Shown here piece after piece: positions 25,708-38,465 of a stretch of DNA of 64,000 nucleotides. How positions within the stretch are numbered: position 1 is the stretch's first letter; every line of letters begins with the position of its first letter. Made by a program: the position numbers and the translations under genes. This stretch comes from Eledone cirrhosa (Eukaryota): positions 64,666,001 to 64,730,000 of the forward strand of contig OZ024744.1 of assembly GCA_964016885.1 (NCBI GenBank). The letters run 5' to 3'. Under the pieces are notes generated by a model. The model was given only the letters and a program-made list of their open reading frames with translations. It was not told the origin of the DNA and made no database searches.

Positions 25708-25817
25708 CAGTCTAACAATTGTTTCTATGATGGAGTTGTCTAAAAATTGCTAAACACTGAAGTTAGTGGCACTCAATTTAAAATACATGCAACCTCCATC
25801 ATTTCGTTAGAGAACTG
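25708..25817 (-). ncRNA. Degenerate hammerhead (core CTAACGA)
   Basis: Mirror of 24395 with a G5A change. Confidence 0.55.
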
Positions 25818-26096
25818 AGAAAAAATACAAAATGTGTTTTATATATATACAGTGTATATATATATATATATATATATATATTTCGTTTCTGAATTTGTTT
25901 AGCAAGATTCTTTATCTGAAATCGTGTGTTGAAACCGATATTGTTATACTTTGGGAGGGTCATGTTGCCAATAAGAAACACACGCACCAGTTGCTTTCAC
26001 TTCAATTTAATTTAATATATATTTATAAATTTACAAATTTATAAATTTCTGGTTGGTTGGTTGGTTCCACAACCAGATAGTTGTTTATATATATAT

Positions 26097-26141
26097 AGTC
26101 ATAGTTCTTTCGTCACACACTCTGTGACCTCTTCAGTGACT
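26097..26141 (-). ncRNA. Minimal type I hammerhead ribozyme
   Basis: Mirror of 26266-26310. Confidence 0.8.
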
Positions 26142-26265
26142 GGGGATTTCTTTCTTCGTTTCTGTGCCTTTCCTTTCTTCTATCCTACGCCATTTTGTTT
26201 CATTTGAAACAAAATGGCGTAGGATAGAAGAAAGGAAAGGCACAGAAACGAAGAAAGAAATCCCC

Positions 26266-26310
26266 AGTCACTGAAGAGGTCACAGAGTGTGTGACGAAAG
26301 AACTATGACT
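26266..26310 (+). ncRNA. Minimal type I hammerhead ribozyme
   Basis: agtca-CTGAAGA-g-gtcaca gagtg tgtgac-GAAAG-AA-CTA-tgact. Confidence 0.8.
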
Positions 26311-26461
26311 ATATATATATAAACAACTATCTGGTTGTGGAACCAACCAACCAACCAGAAATTTATAAATTTGTAAATTTATAAATATATATTAAATTAA
26401 ATTGAAGTGAAAGCAACTGGTGCGTGTGTTTCTTATTGGCAACATGACCCTCCCAAAGTAT

Positions 26462-26497
<36 letters not shown>

Positions 26498-26509
26498 TGT
26501 ATATATATA

Positions 26510-26740
26510 AAACACACAGTCCACGCTGTAATGTGGCCGTGTAGGTAACACGGTAAAAAGTTCCCAGTTCCACACTGTAAACGTGGTTGGTGTTAGGAAG
26601 GGCATCCGGCCGTAGAAAACCTGCCAGATAGTCCTCTATGAGCGAGACACGGTCACCCGACCAACCTTGCCTCAAGTGGGACAACTCCCGTCTAACCCAT
26701 GCTAGCGTGGAAGATGGACGTTAAACGAAGATGATGATGA
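26510..26740 (+). mobile_element. RTE-tailed SINE-like family C; other copies near 27790-27940, 28605-28830, 30290-30545, 39855-40015, 47745-47975, 50890-51130, 52890-53050, 54320-54420 and 55250-55510
   Basis: Shared ggttggtgttaggaagggcatcc core and an acccatgctagc.tggaa.atggacgttaaa + (gat)n tail matching the RTE 3' end. Confidence 0.75.
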
Positions 26741-26939
26741 TATATATATATTTGCATATATATATAGACACACACTTATATACACCTGGTTTTCATTCCT
26801 CTTCATAATAACTATATTAGAAATAACGAATACTAGCACACACATGCATAAATGCATAATATGCAATATTAACTTTTGGCAATTCAAAAAGTAACTACTC
26901 TCCTCCTTTCCTTCCTCCTCTTCCATCTCATTCTTTGTC

Positions 26940-27340
26940 CACTTATTCCTGAGAGAGTTGTGGGGGCAGAGTCCTCAAACACCCCTTCCAGTGGGTCCTG
27001 TCAGAAACAGCCATCTCCAATTGATTTGGTTGGATCCCCAAGCATGACCAGCCAAACTCATAGATATTGTCCAACCATCTTGCTCAGGGTTTACCCATGG
27101 GTCTGCTGCCAGCTGATTTTGGCCGTAAAATCTGTCCAGTGATTCTTTCTTGAGACATTCTAACCACATGCCAATAGTATCGGAGCTGTGATCTATCAAT
27201 TTGAAGAAGTAGCAGCTCTACCTGAAGCGATTTTCCGATCACTGAGCTACGCACTTTATCGAGTTAGGCTACTCTAAAGACCCTTCAGAAGAACTCTATT
27301 TTGTTCTGCTTGTATTCACAATCGTATTTTCTTGGTCATT
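26940..27340 (-). mobile_element. RTE-like LINE 3' fragment; copies at 38838-39125 and 54422-54570
   Basis: RPRGRPRARWLD-type C-terminus shared by three copies. Confidence 0.7.
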
Positions 27341-28207
27341 AATGGCAGATACTCGACTAACAAAATTGTTAGAAGGAGCCAACCAGAATGTATGATCAAA
27401 AGAAAAAACAAACAAAAACAACTATTCTGAAGTAGTCTTTCCACAAGATAAAATGTTATAAAATTTTATTGTATATTTTATTTTTATATGAATAAATTCT
27501 TTCTCAAAAAGCATTTTTGTTTCATTTGATGTCTTGTTAAAATTAGTGTGGTTGGGATTGCTAGAAGGTTATATACGATTTTTCAATCAAAAATGTACAA
27601 GGTGTTAGATGAAAAGTTAATAGGTTGACTATGAAGGAGTTAATGCTAGTTCTGTGAAATCTTGTATGCCTTAATTCCAACTCTTCTTATTAATAACTGC
27701 ATTGTTTCTTCCTTGGGATTATGTTGAAAAATAAATCTCATTTGGTCATTCTTTGAGAGTATCTTGGTCAGCCAATCTTCATATAAGGGTTCATCATCAT
27801 AATCATTATCATTGCTATTTAATGTCTACCTTCCAGGCTAGTATGGGTTAGATGGGTTGTCCCATTTCAGGTAGGTTGGGTCAGGTAATTGTATCCTGCT
27901 CATACAGAACTGTTTCTGGCTAGATTTCTACAACTGGATTCCTGCAATGATAATAAATTTGGAAACCACTGTTCTAAACTATCTCAGTAAACTTGAGCAA
28001 ACGTCAGAGACACAAATCAACTCTCAGAAAAAATTATATTAGAAATAAATAAACATTGATGTTTCTTGTCGAGATGAGGTGAGAGTATATTAAAATTTAT
28101 ATAAAAATGTAAAAACTATATTAGAAATAGATACAGACAGAAAGAGAAATTCATGCCAGCAAGAGTAGAGACATTTAACCCTTTTAATACAAAACGGTTT
28201 ATTTTAA

Positions 28208-28428
28208 CCCTTTAAAATTTACATTACTCTATATTTACTATTATATTTTCATGGTAAATGCTTTACCTTACATAATTATCTCACATAATATCAAATCTAT
28301 GAGATGTTAATGTTATTTATTTTGAGAACAATACCTTAACATAAATATGAGCGGTCAGTTACGGCCAGTTTGAACAGGAAGAGGTGAGAGCATTCTGGCC
28401 GGATATGGCCAGTTTAAATGCTAAAGGG
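28208..28428. mobile_element. piggyBac-type MITE; copies at 39646-39847, 43011-44428 (interrupted) and 54030-54250
   Basis: TIRs ccctttagcattta / taaatgctaaaggg, flanked by TTAA or a near match. Confidence 0.8.
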
Positions 28429-28777
28429 TTACAATGTTTATATTTATCTGAATATTTTCCATCATAATTTCATGTGAAAACCTTTTTTAAGTTATGCTTC
28501 AAACACCAGCTAATATAAAGAGAAAGTTAGTTATATTATTCTTCAAACTCTTGATTATTTTCCACATTAATTGAAAAACATGGGCAGTGTTTTTCAATAG
28601 AAATTATCATCATCATCATCATCAACATCATCATCGTTACACATCCATCTTCCTCGCTAGCAAGGGTAGGACGGGCTGTCCCTTTGTGAGAAATCTCGTC
28701 AGAGGACCATGTTTTGCTCATACAGGGCTGATTTTGGCTTGGATTCTACGGTTGGATGCCCTCCCTAATGCCAATCA

Positions 28778-29171
28778 CTTTTACAGTGTGTGCTGGAGGC
28801 TTTTTGTCATGACACCTACATGACCACTTTGCTGTGTGGGCTGGAGGCTTTGCTGGTTGCATATTTACTATGTCGCCATCGTGACTACTTTACAGTGTGG
28901 GCTGGAGGCTTTGCTGGTTGCATATTTACTATGTCGCCATCATGACCACTTTCCAGTGTGGGCTGGAGGCTTTGCTGGTTGCATATTTACTATGTCGCCA
29001 TCATGACCACTTTACAGTGTGGGCTGGAGGCTTTGCTGGTTGCATATTTACTATGTCGCCATCATGACCACTTTACAGTGTGGGGTGGAGGCTTTGCTGG
29101 TTGCATATTTACTATGTCACCATCATGACCACTTTGCTGTGTGGGCTGGAGGCTTTGCTGGTTGCATATTT
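28778..29171. repeat. 59-bp minisatellite, about 6 copies, grown from a SINE C subrepeat
   Basis: Unit gtgggctggaggctttgctggttgcatatttactatgtcgccatcatgaccactttacagt. Confidence 0.9.
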
Positions 29172-29864
29172 TGGCTTATCCTCAAGGGAGATGTAGAGGA
29201 GTGTGGGGCATGCTATATATATGCTTCAGCTACGGACTGTGCCTGTGGGAATTTGGGTCTTCTGAAAAGGTTAAAGCTGGAGACTATAACAACCAAGTAA
29301 CTCTGAACAATGTAATATACTTCACTGATGTCACTATTACAAATAAGTATGTCATCACTCTATTTGGAATGTAATGATCTCAAGAGGAATTGCTCTGCTA
29401 TGAGACACATTTTTAATTATAGATAAACAAATTTAGTATACAGCAACTAAATAATTTAAATATAAAATCACTAATATGCTTTAAACTCATGTATTAGGCA
29501 TGAAGGACTTTAAAAAAAAAGCTTGTTTAAAGTGATTGCAATATATAACAAACTCAAAGTTTTGTTTGAAAAAATATAACTAAAAAAATGTGACATTAGA
29601 GCAATTTGACATAATAAAATGTGTAAAAGCAACCTTAGAACAGTGGTTCCCAAACTTTTTTCTCTAGGTCACATTTTCTGTATGAAAATTTACTTGTGCC
29701 TCAGCAAATTTTATGTGATTAAAAGTAAATTTAAAGATAAAAAAACCCCGACTAATAGTGCCTTAGAATATGGAAAATTGAGATGAAGTATAAGTGTACT
29801 TTGATTTGGATGAAACATAGAATGCAACAAAAAACAGAAAAGATCTGGAAGGAATTCTACTGAA

Positions 29865-30184
29865 CAGGGTTGGATTTACACCATTGGGGGTGAGGGGGAG
29901 ACAGAGCACTTCAGGTTTGAGGGGTTCCTCTTACATAAAAAATTAGAATACCCCCCCAATTTTACATATCAAAGTTAGCTTGGCGAAAGTAATTGGAATT
30001 GAAAAGTTATACATATAGGTATGAAAAACAAAAAATTCTAACCATCTTAACTAAAAAGCCCAGCTGCGGGCACAAATAAATTGCTACGGCCATCACTGAT
30101 GGAGCACGCAACTGCAAGGGGCCTGGGACAATTTCTCCCTTTGCCCCCCCCCCCCCCCCCCCCCCCTTATTAAAAGCGGCCCTG
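29865..30184. mobile_element. hAT-type MITE
   Basis: caggg...ccctg termini with 8-bp TSD ctactgaa. Confidence 0.75.
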
Positions 30185-30512
30185 CTACTGAACAGAAAAG
30201 CCGATTCTAAAATCTGAATTGAACACCAAAAATAAGACTGAATCCTTTAACTTATACACCTTCAATATAATAAACTGGACATTACAAGACGTATAGGTGT
30301 CAATAAAAAGCACCCAACCCACACTGTAAAGTAGTCGAGTAGGTGTCATGACAAAAAGCACCCAGCACACAATGTAAATGTAGTTGGTGTTAGGAATGGC
30401 ATCCAGCTGTAGAAATCTAGCCAGAAATAGTTCTTTATGAGCTAGAAACGGTCACCTGTTCCAACTCACCTCAAATGTCTAACCCATGCTAGTGTGGAAA
30501 ATGGACATTAAT

Positions 30513-30544
<32 letters not shown>

Positions 30545-31044
30545 CTTAATGGAAGTAAAATTTCTTAAATTTGTCACTTGTCACTCAATGTATCATCCAA
30601 TATTGGACTGACTGTATTTGGACATCCAATGTGGACTGACTGTATTTGCCCAGAAACGAAGCTAGTAGACTTCTGTCCCAGTTAGTCCTTACATACAATA
30701 TACATGTGTGAGATGTTTGGGTTTTGTGTTTTATGTGAGACCATATAAAACAAAAGAGATTCTACTATTTAACAAAGAAAGGATATATATGAATGGACTC
30801 GATATGGAAGTCTGTGAACTTCAAACCAAGAATAAATACCATTACACTATCAATTCTAATGTCAAGAAAGAAATGCTAAGGAATATGAAGTCATACTGAG
30901 AAGGAAAAGCTTTTTAATGGATCACATTATCAATTTGATAGTAAAACTGATGTGAACTAGAATGAAATAAATCAGTGATCTCCCAGTTCAATTACTCCTT
31001 ACAATCAGTCCTACCCATGCTAACGTGGAAAATGGTCGTTAAAT

Positions 31045-31184
31045 AATGATGATGATGATGGTGATGATGATGATGACGACGGTGATGATGATGATGATGA
31101 TGATGATAATGATGATGGTGGTGATGATGGTGGTGATGATGATGATGGTGGTGGTGGTGGTGGTGGTGGTGATGGTGGTGGTGG

Positions 31185-31226
<42 letters not shown>
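31045..31226. repeat. (GAT/GGT)n microsatellite, an expanded retroposon tail
   Basis: Follows an acccatgctaacgtggaaaatggtcgttaaat 3' end. Confidence 0.85.
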
Positions 31227-31227
<1 letters not shown>

Positions 31228-31500
31228 TAATTCTGTACAAACATCAAGTAAAACCTGCAATAGAATACTGTTATTATACACACAGACTTACTACACTGCC
31301 CTTGTAAAAAAAACTACCCGATCGATTGGCCCAAAGTCACTAACACACTTCAACCTCTGGACCACAAACATTTTTTTTCTTTACTTTTTTTTTTTCGTTA
31401 TATCAATGGCTCTTGCTCAGGTACTCTATCATCTTGTCACCCATATTGTTCCTGCTACACATCCTGCATGAACCTTCAACATCAAGTCCTTCCTCTACAG

Positions 31501-31658
31501 CAGGGTTTCCCAAACTGCGGAACCCTTTTTGGTTCAGAAACTTTTTGGGAAACCCCAAAGTCTAATACTGTTATATGGTCTTAATATAAATATACTCCTC
31601 TACCTTTTTTCATGGAACACCAGACACTCCTTTGTGGAACCCACTTTGGGAACCACTG
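31501..31658. mobile_element. hAT (Charlie-type) MITE
   Basis: TIRs cagggtttcccaaa / tttgggaaccactg; 8-bp TSD ctctacag. Confidence 0.85.
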
Positions 31659-31957
31659 CTCTACAGAATGCTGGCACTCAGGATTATCCTCATGTTTTTC
31701 ATGCAACAATCACTTTCAAAATGTTCAAAGAAAATACCAACCACCACTACCACCAGCATTGCAATGCCACAGGTCTTGGAAGACCTACACACTGAAACCA
31801 TTAAAAATAAAATGTCTTAAAGTAGAAATTAATAGGTTCATACTAAGCTGGTTCCTCTCTATCAAAACAATCAGGCAAACATAATAGATATTTCTATAAT
31901 TGGCCAGCAATTTGGGGGGGGGGGGGGGGGGGGGGGGAGAGGAAAGTCAATTATATT

Positions 31958-32133
31958 TGTTTCTGCTTTTGGCACAAGGCCAGCAATTATCCCATTACTG
32001 GTACTTTATTTTATCGACTTCGTAAGGATGAAAGGCAAAGTTAACCTCGGCGGGATTTGAACTCAGAATGGCAAGGGCTGTAACTCTTTGTTGCAAAGCA
32101 TGGTGTCCGACCCTCTACCGATACTGCCAATCC
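31958..32133 (-). mobile_element. SINE family A; further copies at 32645-32830 (-), 37200-37380 (-), 38520-38665 (+), 40453-40632 (-), 41578-41752 (+), 41762-41940 (+), 42138-42330 (+), 48515-48730 (+) and 56445-56618 (-)
   Basis: Family match. Confidence 0.88.
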
Positions 32134-32272
32134 ACCTCCACCAGGAAAGTCAATTATATTGACCATAGAACTTAACTGGTACTTGAATTATTATATTGAC
32201 TCTGGTAGGATGGAAGATAAAGATGACTTTGACAACATTTGAACTCAGAATGTAGTCACTCTCCAACAAGCC

Positions 32273-32640
32273 CGTGGCAGTTGAGACTTCTGGTGTCCTT
32301 GAACCTAGGGCCACCTCCCTGCTCACCACCATTAGCACAGAGTTGGCTACCCACAGGTGTGCGCCTTGCAAGCTGGAATAGCTCTTTCAGCGCGTCTCCC
32401 TCACCATCCCTCAGGGAAACGCCTTCTCTATCTGTCTGGCAGGGCCGCAGGGTGGCCAGCGTGTGGACCCCATTTGCTCATAATAGTGAGAGATTGGGAG
32501 AGCAGGAAAGATGGAGGCAGTGAGAGTGGGAGTTTGGTTCCTTTGTGCTCAGACCTGGTGTATATGTATATGTTTATTAGACACATATTCATGCTGTTTC
32601 CCTACAAAGCATTTTGTCCTGTTTTACTGATATTGCCATA
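32273..32640. mobile_element. Probable solo LTR; related copy at 51808-52160
   Basis: Termini cgtggcagt...attgccata; a second diverged copy is present. Confidence 0.55.
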
Positions 32641-33379
32641 ATAATAATAATTGTTTCTATTTTTAGCACAAGGCCAGCAATTACCCCAGTGCATTACTGG
32701 TGCTTTATTTTATCGACCCCATAAGGATGAAAGGCAAAGTTAACCTCAACAGGATTTGAACTTAGAATGTAAAGGGCTATAACTCTATGCTGCAAAGCAT
32801 GGTGTTTGACGCCCTGCTAATACTGCCAAATCAATGATAAAAAGATGCTAATGCTTTGGAGAAACTGTCATTTCCAATGACAAATGCTCCAGTTAATTCT
32901 GTCAACACAACCACCTACTTCTGGAATTAAAATATAGTTGGTTGAGAATTCCACAGACACGTGTACTGTTAATGTAATTCTTAGGGAGATTCAGCATGAC
33001 ATATTGTGTGACAAAGCTGGCCCAGTGTCATGCCAAAGAACTCAACGAGCCACCTATTCTGGAAATTGAACTCACAGCCTTATGATCATTAGGCAAACAG
33101 TTTAACCACTCACAGCCATGTGCTTCATGTGCTTTCACCATCAGAACATAAACATAGGTAAAATATAGTTGGTCAATATGTCAAGTTGAGGCCCAATGGC
33201 CATTATTCCAAAAATATCACTTAGATATACAGTCACTCATGTTAAAGAGGCAATTATACTCTAGAACTTTCAAGTGCTAACCAACCGGATGATCAAATCT
33301 GGTTGACCGGTCAGGCTTAATTGTTAAGCAATTAGATAAGATCAACACTCGCCTCAAAACAACCATAATAATATGTATG

Positions 33380-34150
33380 TGTATGTATGTATGTTCTTCT
33401 GGTTTTATAATTTCACAAATTTTTTCCCAATAGAGAGAGTCGGTTTCTAACATAGTTACAAGACTCTCTCATTGGAATTTACACAACATCAACTAGGTAG
33501 ATATGTATGCATGTCTGGATGCATGCATGTGTGTGTAGGTATGGATGTTATTGTATGTGTGGATGTGAATGTTTTGAGTTATATATGGGCATGTGCTTTG
33601 TATCTGTACATGTGTATATGTAGTTATTAGATGCAACATTTTTGGAATGTTTTACATATTTTTACTGTTCCATTAATGGATTGTACTTATAATTTCCTAA
33701 CTAGTTGTGTTCTTTCTGTTCCTGTGAAGCCTAGCTTCTCAAGATTTGTATTGAGGCAGTTACTAACATACCCCAGTGCCCCAATAATCACAGGCATAAA
33801 TCTGAAGGTGTAATCAGGGTGGAGTATCTGCAGATTTCTCATCAGTTCTGCATAAATATTCTCCTTTTCACTAATCTTTTATATTGGCATCTGCTGGGCA
33901 GCTAACTTCCACTACTGTGCATGCTTTCTTCTCCCTGTCCCATATCATTATATCTGGTTTGTTATGCCTGTATTTTATTTGGGGTTTTTACTGGAACATT
34001 CCACCAGTACTCTTTCATATTATGTATATATATGTCTTCCGCATTGTTGTAGCTTCTAATGTGTTTATTATCGGGGTTATCTTTTCTACGGATAGCATTG
34101 TACAGCGTTTTGGCCACTACAACATGTCATCCATGCTTCCTTCCATTCAA
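33380..34150 (-). pseudogene. R4/Dong-like LINE 3' end: restriction-like endonuclease, 3' UTR and (CATA)n tail
   Basis: RHVVVAK, KPDIMIWDREKKACTVVEVSCP, PVIIGALG and GTVKICKTF. Confidence 0.82.
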
Positions 34151-34366
34151 TTAGAAGGTATATATATATGTATCTAAATGTATGCATGCATACATATATA
34201 TATATATGTATATATGTTCACTTTCTCTTAATTTCTAGTACATTTTTGACCGGCCACCTTCCTGGTGGCAAGGTTGTACAAGAACAGAAATTGTCATCCC
34301 TTGAATCGCAAGAATGTTTTTCAAATTTTGAAGGTGCCAGATATCGCGGCCATGTATGTATGTATG

Positions 34367-35102
34367 TATGATGGAATACTCCTATGTTTTACCGGCGAAG
34401 ATTCGAAACCGAATCTGAGCTTCTGGGACAATCTATCGTTGGAAGTTCTCACCATTGTCTTGTCAAGACAACGATGATAAATGTACATTCCATTTGACCT
34501 GTGATCCCAACCTCTTGGAAGAAGATAACCACAAGGCTGACCATAAATCAACTTCATATATCCATCCTTCTAACTTTAGCACTTATTATAAATACAAGGA
34601 GTTAATGAACCAAATGGTCAGACTCGAAACGGCAGTTAACAAGATACGCGATGTAGCATCAGTAGACCTTTCACTCTATCTTTATCCTGGCCCTCACTAG
34701 CTTACCTCCTTGGCCACCATAACAGCCAGACAGACAGCCATGTCTGCCTGACAGATTGACCATTACTACTATGAAAATAAGATATTCTAAGAATAGGCAC
34801 ACATACACACACATAGTAAGTTCATATTGTTATATTATACTCTCATCCTATTCTACCTGCCATATTGTATCAGCAAGACACAATACAACTTATATACTAT
34901 ATCATATTCTCTGATACATGCATTCACGTAGCTCGTAGAGCTACCAATTTAATGTAGCGGCGGTTTATGTCATGAATAATATTGCTCATGCAATGTGCAA
35001 ATCGAATACTGTTATTGTAAAATAAACATTGTTAACAACTCAATCATGGCATTATTCTTTTCATCAAAACTACCATACAAAGAATACAACCTACCCATTA
35101 CA
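34367..35102 (+). mobile_element. Solo LTR, same family as 18094
   Basis: Full-length homology, ends ccattaca, TSD tatg. Confidence 0.75.
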
Positions 35103-35810
35103 TATGTATGTATGTATGTATATATGTATGGTTCTTTGTATGTATGTGTGTATGTATGGATGCGTGTGTTATGTATGAACGCATGTATAAATGTATGAAT
35201 GTATGTATGTATGTATGTATGTTTGTATGCATGTAAATATATATGTATGTATGTACATGCTAACAAGGAAGACTCTTATATGTTAGCTAGACCTGCTAGA
35301 AATAGCAGCCATATTCTCCTCAAACCACGCTCTGTTATCTTGCCTATGTGTACATGTATATACGAACTAATGCAGGAGATCTCTACATAATAACTAGATT
35401 AAAATAGCAGCTAATCTCATCCAGTTCAAATTCAAACATTCTATGCATGTATTAGTCAAGGGAGACCTCTACAAAGCATCTAGATGTGGTAGATATAGCA
35501 GTAGAAGCTTCTTCAAATGACACTTTACTGTCTTATATATATACATATCGTGGACAGTGGGTTTTGGGATGCATGGATGATAGCAATAGTATTTGTTTAT
35601 GGTTTGGTAGGTTTATGATTTTAGTGTTTTTTTTAGAATATATGGCAGTAATTTATCTAGTAGCCACAGCCTTTGACAGAAACTGGATATTGAGGGCGAT
35701 TGTGGCCTGATGAAGTTTGTCTTTTTTAGTACCAGTATAGTGGGATGGTTTTTATTTTATTATCATCTGTCTTTGAGATGTTTAGATTTGGTTTAGATTT
35801 ATTTCTGTAC

Positions 35811-36106
35811 CAGGCTGTGGACCGGTACCAGTCCATGGATCATTTGCTACCGGACAGCAAGGAAATAATTAACTTGTTTAAAATTATATAATAGATAAAT
35901 TGAATATTGGACTTTAATTCTAAAAGATTTGTTTAAATATTCAATATTCATATACTCAATACACTTTTTCTTCCCTTTAATAAATTGTTCTTTTTATTAT
36001 TACTCTCGAAATCTACTTAAATAACACATAGGTGCAACTACCGGTCCACGGAAAGATTGTCCGACATAAAGCCGGTCCATGGTATAAAAAAAGGTGGAGA
36101 CTACTG
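35811..36106. mobile_element. hAT (MER1/Charlie-like) non-autonomous fragment
   Basis: Subterminal ccggtcca(c/t)gg repeats and terminus aaaaaggtggagactactg. Confidence 0.55.
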
Positions 36107-38057
36107 GGTTAATAGACTTCTATTAGTTATTACTGCTGCTGCTATGTCATGTATCTATTATGCTTACACATTGGAACTAAATCCCAACCCCATCTCTTTC
36201 ACTTTTCCCCCCACCCCAACCGTCTAACGCCACCACTATCCAAACCTGTTGTACCCACTTCTGCCCCCACCACCACCACCACTACCAACATCACCACCAC
36301 AACCCCCACCATCACCATCACCAACATCACCCACCCAATATCACCACCAACATCACCACCATCACCACCACCACCAAAACCACCACCATCACCATCACTC
36401 CTGTCATACCTTACCAGCTAATTCACTGTTCTATGTTTTACAACAACAACAACAAACACAGCAACAACAGAAACAACAACAACAACACAACTTTTGTTGA
36501 ACAAACAAACAAAAACACAAAAAGAAAGAAAGTGCTGATCAAACAAATCAGAGATTATTTCTACAGGAAAAGCGAGACAGTCTCCCTTGCCATCATACAT
36601 GGGAATGTTTTCTCCATTTTGTCCACTGGGACCATGAGTATGTTGGTGCCTGGGGTTTTCTGCATGCTAGTGAGCACTCACCCCCACCATCCAGGCCCAT
36701 ATCATTGGGGTGTGTACTGATGTTTGAGTACTCTTTATTTATCTATTTATATATATATATATATATATTTTTTTTTCTATTTTAACCCTGTCTTATAAAT
36801 GACACCCTGCTTTGTGGCAGAGAGTTACGGCCCTTTACGTTCCGAGTTCAAGTCATGTATGAAGACTCTGCTCCCATGACCTTCTCCAGAAGAAGAAGAA
36901 GAAGAAGAAGAAAAAGAAGAAGGAGGAGGAGGGGGAGGAGGAAGAAGGAGAAGAAGAAAAAAAAAGAAGAAAGAAAAAGGAAGAGGATGAGGAGGAGGAG
37001 GATAAGGAGGAGGAGGGGGAGGAGGAGGAAGAGAAGGAGGAGTTATGTTGGATGAAGTATTTTATTGTGCAACTCTATGTGAAAATACATACCAGAATTG
37101 CTTGTAATTTACTTAGTTGATAGTTTAATATATTCAATACAATTCTAACTTTTAGAAACTAATATTAAAGTTTTGAGTAACAAGTAGCCCAAATTAGAAT
37201 AATTGTTTCTACTTTAGGCACAAGGCCAGCAATTACCAGTGCATTACTGGTACTTTATTTTATCGACCCCGTAAGGATGAAAGGCAAAGTCAACCTCGAC
37301 GGGATTTGAACTCAGATCGTAAAGGGATGTAACTATGCTGGAAAGCATGGCGTCCGACCTTCTACCGATACTGCCACTTCATCGCCCAAATTAGAATAAT
37401 GATAGCATTGTAGTCCTGAAAAATAATTTAATGAACTACTTTTAGCACAAATATGGCAACAATCAAGCACACATGCTGATGACATATTTGAAAATGCAGT
37501 AAATACCACTACAGAATACAATTAGTAGTAATTTCAACCACCACCACCCACCACCAGCACCAGCACCAGCACCACCAGTACCACCACCATCAGCACTACC
37601 AGCACCACCACCCACCACCTCCTACCTCCCACCACCACCACCATCACCTACTACCTAATGAGATACATAAATGGGTAGTGGATATCAAAACAGAATATAC
37701 AGGGTAAAGGGTAAAGACCACCTTTGGTCAGGAATGACCATGGGATTTGCACACCTAAAAAGTTTCCCTCTGAAGCACAAATCCGGGCAGGATGGTTTGT
37801 GGAAGACCAGCAGTTGCCCATACATACCAGTCTCCCCTCTCCACACCACCAATGTTGTTCAAGAGAAAGGCAAAGGTCGATACAGCTTGGCACCAGTGAT
37901 GTCACGACTCATTTCTACGGCTGAGTGAACTGGAGCAACATGAAATAAAGTGGCTTGTTCAAGAACACAACACAAAGCCAGGTCTGAGAATCGAACCCAC
38001 AATCTCATGAGTGTAAGCCCGAAGTTCTAACTACTAAGTCATGCACCTTCACATATA

Positions 38058-38465
38058 CAGGGTAGGAGGAGAGAAACTCCCTAACCATGCTACAAGAATA
38101 TGTTTGGTCTACTGTGACCACTTAGGACAATATCAATGATTCATATTTATGCAAAATGAGGCTTCTCCTCATTTTACATGTACTGTTCATGAGTGGCTTG
38201 ATGTCCAATTTCCAAGACTTTGGCTGGGTTGTTGCCAACAAGAAGCCCTGACTTAATTCCATATGATTTTTTCCTGTGGGGGTGGACAAAGGGAGAAGTT
38301 TATAGCTCAAAATTCAAAACTCTGACTCAATTAGAGGAATGCATTTGTCATGTATTGACCAACATACTGCCTGAGTTCCTGACGAAATCAGTTGAGGATA
38401 TACCTAGATGATTACAAACACTAGTGGATAACGCTGGTGCCTATGTGAGAAGTTTAACACTGTAC
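38058..38465 (+). pseudogene. Tc1/mariner-type transposase C-terminal fragment
   Basis: QNEASPHF followed by PTRSPDLIPYDFFLWGWTKGEVY. Confidence 0.8.

Larger units (their letters stand above)
24379..25832. repeat. Large inverted duplication (arms ~24379-24984 and ~25294-25832)
   Basis: The ORF track shows identical peptides on both strands. Each arm contains a pLTR, (TA)n, a linker and an RTE 3' end. Confidence 0.9.
25833..26517. mobile_element. Fold-back palindrome of two pLTRs (perfect arms 25938-26202 and 26205-26469, 2-nt loop)
   Basis: Direct comparison of the arms; same pLTR family as 14035-14535. Confidence 0.88.

Noticed and set aside
28778-29171. Possible CRISPR-like array
   Set aside because: Contiguous units without unique spacers, no cas genes, eukaryotic context.
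30992-31471. Poly-His, poly-Ser and poly-Met ORFs
   Set aside because: Expanded (GAT)n retroposon tail.
33833-33846. CUGANGA matches at 33840, 35708, 38379, 57311 and 58410
   Set aside because: They lie inside transposon coding remnants or lack the GAAA box and stems.
36855-37055. Arg/Lys-rich protamine-like ORF
   Set aside because: Purine-rich (GAA/GAG)n simple repeat.
37477-37500. CTGATGA...GAAA motif
   Set aside because: No stem I or stem II pairing.
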